Assembly (NCBI GenBank): GCA_050613775.1
Contig: JBODTK010000113.1
Coordinates: 186,001 to 250,000 of the forward strand
Origin: Neocallimastix sp. 'constans'
Taxonomy: Eukaryota
Reading direction: 5' to 3'
DNA: 64,000 nt
Positions 53,340-64,000 of this stretch are shown here, one piece after another. Under the pieces are notes generated by a model. It searched no databases. It saw only the letters and a list, made by a program, of their open reading frames with translations, and was not told the DNA's origin. Both the position numbers and the translations under genes were made by a program. The number at the start of each line of letters is the position of its first letter. The stretch's first letter is position 1.

Positions 53340-53340
<1 letters not shown>
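52120..53340 (-). mobile_element. Degenerate non-LTR retrotransposon (LINE) 3' portion including the CCHC zinc knuckle
   Basis: Minus-strand fragments: YISRDLSIPPIADICSALQIK..KWSKSNCIIKD; LSLRYPQFNLGFSWI; EDCP..CCGENNQSFEHWIF..C (C-C-H-C pattern typical of LINE ORF2 C-termini); ELLFDRYSKLLNLTKSV. There are many frameshifts and the boundaries are approximate. Confidence 0.68.
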
Positions 53341-53377
<37 letters not shown>

Positions 53378-53414
53378 TTAAAAAACTTTGATCTACTATA
53401 ATTACCAATTATAC

Positions 53415-53458
<44 letters not shown>

Positions 53459-53714
53459 ATTCATTACGAAATGCTCAATTTTTTTTTTTTTTTTTTTTTT
53501 TTTTATTTTTATATAATAATAATAATTATTATTAATATTATTATTATTATTCTTTACTATTACTTTTTTTTTATTTTATTTTATTTTATTTTATTTATTA
53601 TTATTTTATTTATTTTTTTTTTTTTTTATTTATTTTTTTTATTTATTAAATTAAATTAAGTTATTTTATTTATATTTAAATTATATATTAATTAATTATT
53701 TGGTAATCTTGACA

Positions 53715-53746
<32 letters not shown>

Positions 53747-53783
53747 AAAATAAATAAAATAAAATAAAATAAAATAAAATAAA

Positions 53784-53814
<31 letters not shown>

Positions 53815-54098
53815 TATTTATATATATATAAATATATATAAATAAATTATAGTTACATATCACTACATTTAATAATAATAAAAAAAAAATAATAATAATA
53901 AAATAATAAATATATAAATATATAAATAAAAATAAAAATAATAATAATAATAGTAATATATTAATAAAATAAAAAATAAAAAAATAAAAAAAAGGTCCTT
54001 AATAAAAATAAAATAAAACAAAATAATAGTATATACAAAGATTACTTATAAATTATAATAATTATATTCTATTATTTAAATTAATAATTATAATTATA

Positions 54099-54133
<35 letters not shown>

Positions 54134-54445
54134 TTTTTTCTTTAAATAATTAATTTATATAAAATATATTATATACTATATTATTTCTAAACTTAATTAT
54201 TAATTTTTATTTGTTTCACGTTCATTGTCATTTTCTATAGATATATTTATAATATAAATACTTTTAATTATTTAATAATCTCTTTATTTTCTAATTTTTT
54301 TTTTTTTTTTTTATCTATTATATATAATTTTTTTTTCTCCTTTTATTTTTATTAAATTAGTAATCTATATCTAATATATATATTTTCTTACAGGGATTTT
54401 TTTATTTTTTTTTTTATTTTTTATTTTTTTTTTATTTTAGTTGAT

Positions 54446-56486
54446 TTAATGAGCATATGGATGGTAACCGTGTGAACTACGTGATTGTGATTGTTGACCT
54501 TGAACTTGATTAGGGGCATTACCTGAATATCCTCCATTCATATTATTTACTCTTGAATTACCATAACCAGAATTATAACCATAATTGTTAGTAGAATCAC
54601 CGGTACGACTACCATATCCGTAACCTTGTCCTCCATTATTATTATATTGATATCTAGCATTATAACCGTATGAATAATTTTGTTGACCAGATCCGCCATG
54701 ACCTCTATAATACATATTCATATTATCATATCCATTATAACCATAACCATTACCACCTCCATAACCATAATAACCACCACGATTACCTCTATTTCCATAA
54801 TCACGACCATATCCCATCATACCATATCCACCTCTCATGTATCTTGGATCACCTCCCATTCTTGAATTACGAATTGGTCCAGCATAACTTCTACGTTGAT
54901 CCATCATATAATTATTTCTACGAGACATATAATTCAGTTTAGCAGTTTTACTTTTTGGTAAAGCTCTTTTAACTTCAACCTATTTTTAATTTTTTTTTAT
55001 TTATTTATAAAATTATTAACAAACAGATAAAAAAAAAAAAAATAGTTTTATACAAATAGATATATATACTTTAATATTATGTATTAAAAAAATACTTACA
55101 GGTTTATCCTTGATAATGATTTCACCTTGTTTAGCTAAAACAGCTTCAACACTTTGGTCGTTATCGAAAGTAATAAAACCAAAACCACGTGGACGACCAG
55201 TATCTTTATTTGACATTAAAGTTGCTTCTACAACATTACCAAATTGTGAGAAATATTCTTTAAATTCTTCTTCAGTTACTTCTGGTTTAACGCCACCAAC
55301 AAAAATCTTTTCAGTTTTTTCTTGTTCCTCACGAGGAATTGCACGTTTTGGATCAATCTGAATAAGAGATAGATAACAATAATACAATTAATATATTATT
55401 ATTTAATATTTTATTCAATATATATATATATCCATTTTATATCATTTACATCTTTTCCATCAAGATTATGTTTTTTTTTTAAAATTTCATCAATTACTGA
55501 TGGATCTTTAAAGGTCAAGAAACCAAAACAACGAGACATACCATTATCAGTACGCATGACAACGCAATCTGTAAGCTCACCATATTGAGAGAAATAATTA
55601 CGAAGGTTTTCTAATTATATATTTAAAATAATTTTAACAATAAATATTAATACAAACTTTGTTAGATATTTTATTCTTATTTGCTAAATATTATGTAACT
55701 TGCTTTACTAATTTTAAAAATTTCATCTTTTCTATTATTTATTTAATAATATTTATGGACTAAATTTTTAAAACTAGGTTACTAGGCTATTCTGTTTATT
55801 TGTTACTAAAGTCATTACTTGGCTTATTATTTTTATTTTTTATTTAATTTTTATTTTTTTTCTAAATACTGTTTTCTTATCTTAACTATGTCTTACCATC
55901 TGTTGTTTCAATATTAAGACCTCCTACAAATATTTTTCTATTGTAATTTTATTTATTTTTTAAATTTTATAATTTTTTTATTTAATTTTATTTATTTGTA
56001 ATTTTTATATTATAGTAATTTTATTATAATAAAAATATTAATATTAAAAGCTAAATTAGTTATTTATTCTATGTTTAATTATGGTTATATTTTATTTTAA
56101 AAGAATTAATTTAATAAAAATTCTATATTTTAAAGTTCTTCATATTAGAGTTTTAATTATAAAATTAAAAGATGAAATTTTTTTAAATTTCGATTTAACA
56201 ATTTTTTTTTTTTAAATTTTAATGAAAAAAAAAAAAAAAAAAAAAAACAATAGACTAACCCTTCTTCATTTTTTTGTTCTGAAGTTTTAGATTCCGAATT
56301 TTCATTATTTTCTTTTCCATTTTCCGTAGATTCACCATTATCAGTATTTTCACTGTTTTTTTTGGATTCGTCTTCATCATTTGATAATTGAGTAGATGGA
56401 TCATTAGTTCCTGATTCTACTGTGGATTTTTGTTCTTGATTTTCAACATTTTGTTGATCTTCATTCTTTTGATTGTAGTCGTCCAT
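54446..56486 (-). CDS. HRP1: Two-RRM RNA-binding protein, Hrp1/Musashi/hnRNP A-D type, ~406 aa, 5 exons
   Basis: Exons 56486-56260, 55937-55897, 55610-55450, 55357-55100 and 54979-54446 join in frame through GT-AG introns (1221 nt). RNP2/RNP1 motifs are KIFVGGL / RCFGFLTF and KIFVGGV / RGFGFITF, with the IDPKRAIPREEQEKTEKIFVGG linker. It has a G/Y/N-rich tail and a PY-NLS-like end RSSHGYHPYAH. The symbol rests on family resemblance; orthology is untested. Confidence 0.9.
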
Positions 56487-57079
56487 GGTAAATTACTTTA
56501 TATATTTACAAATAAATAAAACAAAAATTGTATATATAAGTATATTTTGATATATTTTTTTTTAAAAAAAAGGAAAAAAAAGAAAAATTATATATAACAA
56601 AATAATATACTTTTGTAAAAAAGGATATATTTGTTAAAAAGATTCTAATTAATTAAAAATTCTAAAATTTGTAATATTCATAAATTTAATATTAAAATGT
56701 AATAAAAAATTATATATATTTATTTTGAATTTAAAAATATTAATAAATAAAATAAAATTTATTATATAAAGTGATATAATATATCGAAATAATTATTTAT
56801 TAAAATATTTTATAAAATAGTAAAAAAAAAATGTAGAAATAATGAATTACCTATATGAAGAATTTTATTTTTTGAAAACAAAATTTATTAAATAATAGAT
56901 TATATAAAAAAGATCCTTATGGCCTGTCTTAGTATCACTACTATAAAATTAGTTAAATTTTAAAAGATTTAATTAATTTTTTTTAAAACTATTAAAATAA
57001 AAACTTCTTTTATAATTTGTATTTTTTTTTTTTTTTTTTTTTTACTATTCTAAGTTTATTATTATTGAAATATTCATTA

Positions 57080-57113
<34 letters not shown>

Positions 57114-57659
57114 TCAATTCTAAAATATTATATTTAATTACATTTCACCACTTTTCCTAAATGGATATTAGATCACTAATTACCAATTAAATTATTCTTA
57201 TTTTTTGCGAAGAACAAGAAAAAAAATCTTTTATTATGCTTTTTCTATTCCTTATAATATTATTTATTTTACTATATTTTTTTTCTATTTTTAATATATG
57301 ACATATATTAAAAATAGAAAAAAATATATAATAATATATTTATTATTAAATAAAAACAGTAATATAATAGTATTAAAATTGTATTAATTTTTTATGTTTT
57401 TTTTTTATCTTTTATAAAAATGATATATAAAAGAATAATAAATATCATAAATGTTTTAAATCATGGATTATTTATGTATATGATTTTTATGTATTTTATA
57501 TATATTCATTAAGTTTTATATTTTGATTTAATTCTATTATTTGTTAATTAATTAGTTTTACTAAGTAAAGATTTTAGAGTAATGAAAATCAACCAATTAA
57601 AAAAAATAATTAAATATACATCATGGATTACATGTGAATAATTTATGTATCAAAGAACT

Positions 57660-57973
<314 letters not shown>

Positions 57974-58377
57974 GACCGACTATCAGTAGAAACACACAAA
58001 TGTTAAGTACATTAATTTATTAATGTAAAGTTATATTTATAATGAATAGAAATAAATTTATAATTTAATTATATAGATTTATCTCATGACATCATACAAT
58101 ATTACATTGATTTATGTATATACATTTATATTATTTTATATATACAAATATTGTATATATTTTATTATATGAAATATTATATGATTTATTTTATTAAATA
58201 CTAATAATAAATAATATATAATGAATAAATAATATATAGTAATAAATAATAATAATAAAGTAATAATAAGCAATAAATAATAGTAAATAATAAATAATAA
58301 TAAAAATAGTAATAATAATTATAATTATTACTATTTATTTTTTATTATTTAAATTACACAATCTCATATAATATTAG

Positions 58378-58416
<39 letters not shown>

Positions 58417-58862
58417 ATTTTATATTAATATAAAAATGAATATATTTAAAATTTTTAATAAATTAAAAATAAATAAATATAAAGTATATAAATTAAAAAA
58501 TATATAAATAAATTTAAATAATACAATGAATTATTATAATATGTCAAATTTGTTAATTGAAAAATTATTAAATTTTATTTAAAATTTTTTATGTAGTGTT
58601 TTTGATATTTTTTTTTTTTAGATGTTAAAACCATTTTGTTAATTTATTATAATTTATGTAAATATTATATTTAAATTGAATGGTAAATATAAATAATATT
58701 TTATATAATAAAAAACATATATAATTAAATATTTTTTATTTATATAGTTATTATATATTATAAAAATTTTATTGTTATTAATAAAACAAATATATAAATA
58801 TATATATTTTGAAAAGTAACAAAAAAAAGTGAATTTCATATATTATTATAATTATATAAAAA

Positions 58863-60528
58863 ATGGCTACTAGACAAAGAAGGCGTTTAACTCAACGTAC
58901 TTCTTCGAGTGCAGATAATAATAAAGAAAATAATAATTCAGATAGGGATGATTCTAATGATTCTAATGATGAAATTTCAAGTAGTTACAGCAATCATCAA
59001 ACTCGAACAGCAACATCTGCAAGAAGAACTTATAGTAAAACAATTCCTACAAAAACAATGGTAGCAGGAAAAAGTAAATACCATATAATAGTAATTATTT
59101 TTATATATTAGATAAAATGGTATTTAGAGTAAAGCAAATATTTATTCATTTTTTTTTTTTATTAAAAAAAATTGACATTTTGAAATGATTTAATTTAATT
59201 TCAGGATTATATAAATTTAATTATTAGAATTTAAAATAGTGTACTTATATGTTAAAGAATTTAGAAATACAATAAATTATTACTAAATTATAAATAATTA
59301 TAAAAAAATATAATTATTATAATAAGAGGAATAAGAATTAAAATAAGAATAAGGATAAGGATGAAAATATACCAATTTAATTTAATTTTATATGAGAATT
59401 CAAATTATTTTTTAATAAAAAATACCCGAAAATGTTTTTATGTATTGCAATAATAAAATTTTAAATATGAATTTAGATAAAAGATTCACCTTTATTACTG
59501 GTTAAAATCCTTAATTAATTTTTTTAAAATTATTATTATTATTATTATTTTATTTTATTATACCATTAGTTTTTCAAAATTATATATATAAATGAAATTA
59601 TATATATATATATATTTCATTTTTTTTTTTAAAAAAAAATATATATATATATATTTTCATTTTATTCCTGACATAAATAAAATTTCTAACAATCAATGAA
59701 ATTATCTAATAAAAATAATTGTTCAATTTAATGCTTATCAATGTTTTAATTATTATTTTTATTTCTTAATAAATTATATTCATTAGCAATAACTAAGAAA
59801 AGACGTTATAGACCTGGTTCATTAGCTTTAAAAGAAATTAGAAAATATCAAAGATCAACACAACTTTTAATTAGAAAATTACCTTTTGCACGTTTGGTAA
59901 ATTATATTGAATATATAATTTTAATATTTTTATTTCAAATGAAATGTCTAATTCGATAGTATAATTTGTTGTTATTATTTTAATACATATAATAAATATA
60001 TATTTAATTAAAATATAAAAAACAAAAAACACAAAAATAAAAAACAAAAAAAACTAAAAAACAAAAAAAAACTAAAAAAAAAAAAAAAAAAAAAAAAACA
60101 ATTACAAAACACAAATAAAAAAAAAGGTTCGTGAAATTGCAACAGATGTATTAAGACGTGGTCCATATAGATTGGAAGAAGTACGATGGAATTCTTCAGC
60201 AATTTTAGCATTACAAGAAGCGGCAGAATGTTATTTAACACATTTGTTGGAAGATTCGTATGTATTCATATTTAATTTTATTTTAATATATTATAATTTA
60301 TATGCATTATTCTTTATATTCTAATAATAATTGTTAATTAATATATATATATTATTTTTAATTAATAATAATAAATAATCCATATAATGTATATAATCTG
60401 TTTGTATATATATTTTGTTTTGGGATAATAGTAATCTATGTGCTATCCATGCTAAAAGAGTTACATTAATGCAAAAGGATATACAGTTAGCTAGAAGAAT
60501 TCGTGGACCTTGGGGTGGACTTGGTTAG
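58863..60528 (+). CDS. CSE4: Centromeric histone H3 variant CenH3 (CENP-A/Cse4), ~182 aa, 4 exons
   Basis: Exons 58863-59073, 59787-59896, 60127-60257 and 60432-60528 join in frame (549 nt). Histone fold: [102 protein letters not shown]. CenH3 diagnostics are a divergent N-tail, a longer loop 1, Q68>A, F84>W and T107>S relative to canonical H3. Confidence 0.93.
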
Positions 60529-60836
60529 TAAAAAAATAAATCAAAACAACAACAACAACAACAACAAAAAAAAAAAAAAAAAAAAAAAAAAGAAACATTA
60601 AAAGTGTATATACAAATTAAATTAATTATATCCAGAACCAGAACCAAGATCAAAATCAAAATCAAAGTTAAAACTAAAATTAAAAAAACAAAAACAAAAA
60701 CAAAAAAAAAAAAAAAAGAATATCCGTTAATTCAGTAAACAGAGAATTCATTTTTATTCATAATACAAGATTTTCATATATATAATCAAAAAACATCACT
60801 ATTTCTTAGAATAATATATAATAGTTATTATAAATT

Positions 60837-60874
<38 letters not shown>

Positions 60875-62026
60875 ACAATAATAATAATAATAAAAAAAAA
60901 AAGACAAAAGGTATTAACTTAATATATATATAAGGAAAGGAAATAAAATTTATGAATAAAAGGAATTCTCTATTTTTTTTTTACCTCTTTTCTTTATTTT
61001 GGATTATTATTATTATTATCATTTTTATATTAAAGAATAAATTATTAATAGTTTATTTTTTTTTATTTTTTTTTTTTTTTGTTATTATTATCATTTAATT
61101 TATCATATAAAAAAGAAGTAATATTTTATTATTAATGTAAAATATATCATTATTTTATTTATTTATATTATTTTAATAATAATATTATTACTTCGATATA
61201 AATAAGTAGTATAACTATATATAAAATTCTTCATATTTAAAAGAATCAATGCTAATCGTTATAATAAAAATTTTCATTACTCTTAATTTTTTTTTTTTTT
61301 TTATTATAGTTAAAATAATCTTATATTTTATTATATGATACCTTTTATTTATTTTTTATTATATATATACGTATTAACTTTTTTTATATTATCTTATTTT
61401 TTTTTATTTTATTTTTTTCTACTTTATTTTTTTATTTGTTATACTTTAATATTTTAATAATATTATATTACATAATTTTTCATGTATAGTAATATCCAAA
61501 GTAACATACTCAATAAAATATAAACTATTATAATAATATAATTTTTCTTTTATATAAATAATAATTTTATTATTTTAAAGAATGTAAAAATTTTGTATTT
61601 CAACTTTTTTTTTTTTTAAACTATTATATTAATCGTCTATTACCATTATTATAGGATATACGAATCATAATATATAAAAATGAATTATAAATTTTAGTAA
61701 TTACACAAAAGTATATATTTTTATAAGAACTTTTATTTTTAATAAAATTTAATTTTATTAATTCATATTTTATTTTATTTTTTTATTTTATTTTTATTTT
61801 TTTTTAATTAATATATATATATAATTCTATATACTGAATAGTGAATTATTGATTAAAATTATTTTATTCATTTTCTAATAATAAATATATTTTTATTTGA
61901 TTTTTATCATTTTAAATAATTGGATTCCTTTTTTCTTTATTTGAATTCAATTTTGGTTATATATAAAACGTAAATTTGATAATAAATAAATATTTTGATT
62001 GAAATTTTATTACACGATATTTTAAT

Positions 62027-62375
62027 TTAATTGTTAACTTTGAATTTGTAACTGTTTTTATAATATATTTATGAAAATATCAATTATAATAAATTATATA
62101 TTTAAATATTTTTTTTAAAAAAAAGATATAAAAAAAAAAATTAGTATTTTAAATAATAAAAGTTATATATGATATTTATTTTATAAAATATTTAAACAAA
62201 TTAAATATTTTGATATAACTTAATTTAATTTCAAATGATACATACCCACACTTTGGACAGGTATAGAAAACAGTTTGACCTTCATCAGCAGAACGAAGTT
62301 GCATGGTATGGAATATCATTTCATTAGAATCACAATCTGGATTTGGACATTTTTCTTTAATCTTTAATTTTTTAT

Positions 62376-62432
<57 letters not shown>

Positions 62433-62968
62433 TATATATATATTTTATTTTTTTATTTTTATAATATTAAAATATTATATATAATTAATATTTTAATAAG
62501 TATTATATTATTATACTGAAGATAAAAAATTAATAATATATATATATATATAAAATAGATATTTACGGTTGCTCCTTCTTTAACTTCATCAACCTTTTCC
62601 TTCTTTCTAGAATGGAATACACCTGGTAACGAGTGAGTTATAACTGGAACATTTTCAAAGACTTTTAAATATATATTGATTTATTATAATTAATATGATA
62701 TAATAAAAAATATTTTTTATTTTATAATTTTATAAAATTAGTTACTTATTAAATAATTAAAATATAATTTAAAATATACTTTATTTTTATATAAATACAT
62801 GTATATAATTTTTAATTTTTAATTTATTTTATTTTAAATCTTACCAGAACTACTTTCAGCATGACCACAAACACTGCAAATAATAGAGTCCATATCTCCC
62901 GGTGAATCTAATAAATTACTGCATACTGGACAGAATACAAGACTATGTGAACGGATATTGGTATTCAT
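62027..62968 (-). CDS. RPA12: DNA-directed RNA polymerase I subunit RPA12, ~119 aa, 4 exons
   Basis: Exons 62968-62845, 62661-62567, 62361-62246 and 62051-62027 (360 nt). N-terminal zinc ribbon [10 protein letters not shown]...CSVCG; GATIKEKCP; TFIIS-like [26 protein letters not shown]. Confidence 0.95.
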
Positions 62969-63108
62969 TTTTATTTATAAAATTTATATATTTAATATTA
63001 AAATAATTTTGAAATTTCAAATGTTAATTTCTTAAATAATTTTAATTTCAAGAATTAAAAAAAAAAAAAAATTTATATTTTATTTTTATATTTATTTTTA
63101 TTTTAATT

Positions 63109-63139
<31 letters not shown>

Positions 63140-64000
63140 GATCCTATAATCAATTACCATCATGTGATTGGTTAAATTAAAATATATATATTTTTTATAT
63201 ATGTTTTAATTTTTAGTCATGAAATATAAATTTTTAATTAAAGTTTTTTTTTTTTTTTTTTTTTCAAAATATATTTTTTTGTTTAATTAATAAAAGAAAA
63301 AAAGAAGTTAATAATTAAAAAAATAAAAAAATTAAAATAGAGAAATGATATGAATTATTAAAAATTAAATAAGTAATAATATAAAATAAAATTAGAAAAT
63401 TATGTATATAAAAATAAAATTTAAAAAATAAATACTATTGCTAAATATAAATTATATTTTAATAAAATAGTAAAATAATAAAATTATTATTAATTTTTTT
63501 TAAATTGTTTACACGATAGTAATTGATCTTTTTATTCTATTATATTTATATGTTTAATTTTGATTTTGAAATATAGTGTTATATTATGAAGTAATATATA
63601 AATATAATCTATTTTGTTGAAAATATAAAAATAAAATATTGTTCTAATTGTTAATATTAAGTAGCAATAAGGTTTTAAATTTATTATAAGATATTATTTA
63701 GTAATATAAAATTGTTGAAAATTGAATAATTATTCATCTTTTTTTTTTTTTTTTTTTTTTTTTATTTATTTATTTATTATTATTATTATTATTATTCTAT
63801 TTTTATTGTTTTCATTTAATTTTTGTATATCTATATCTATATTTATATATTTATATCTATATTATATTATATTATATTATAATTATTATTCATTTATATT
63901 TATATCTATACTCCTATATATTGTTATATTGCTATTCATAATTATATATATATATATATACTTTTTTTTTTATTTTTGTTTTGATATTCATTTTTTTTTT

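Overview
Extremely AT-rich eukaryotic DNA with spliceosomal GT-AG introns, long poly(A)/poly(T) runs and an intronless bacterial-type rubrerythrin. This combination most resembles an anaerobic gut fungus (Neocallimastigomycota); the taxon is inferred, not proven. Bases 1 to ~40200 are a head-to-tail array of ~2.1-2.5 kb units: 14 complete conserved cores plus a partial one at the left edge. Each unit has a conserved ~1 kb core and a variable spacer. The core is full of inverted repeats, and many of the copy-to-copy substitutions keep pairing through G-U wobbles on the + strand, which suggests an unannotated multicopy structured RNA. The core also holds a 62-76 codon ORF of doubtful coding status. 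The spacers, never the cores, carry a 5.9 kb MULE transposon with an intact transposase, a young tRNA-derived SINE with a target-site duplication, and LINE 3' ends. The right part has two more LINE remnants, rubrerythrin, a two-RRM Hrp1/Musashi-like gene, centromeric histone CenH3 (CENP-A/Cse4) and RNA polymerase I subunit RPA12. All alignments and folds were done by eye.
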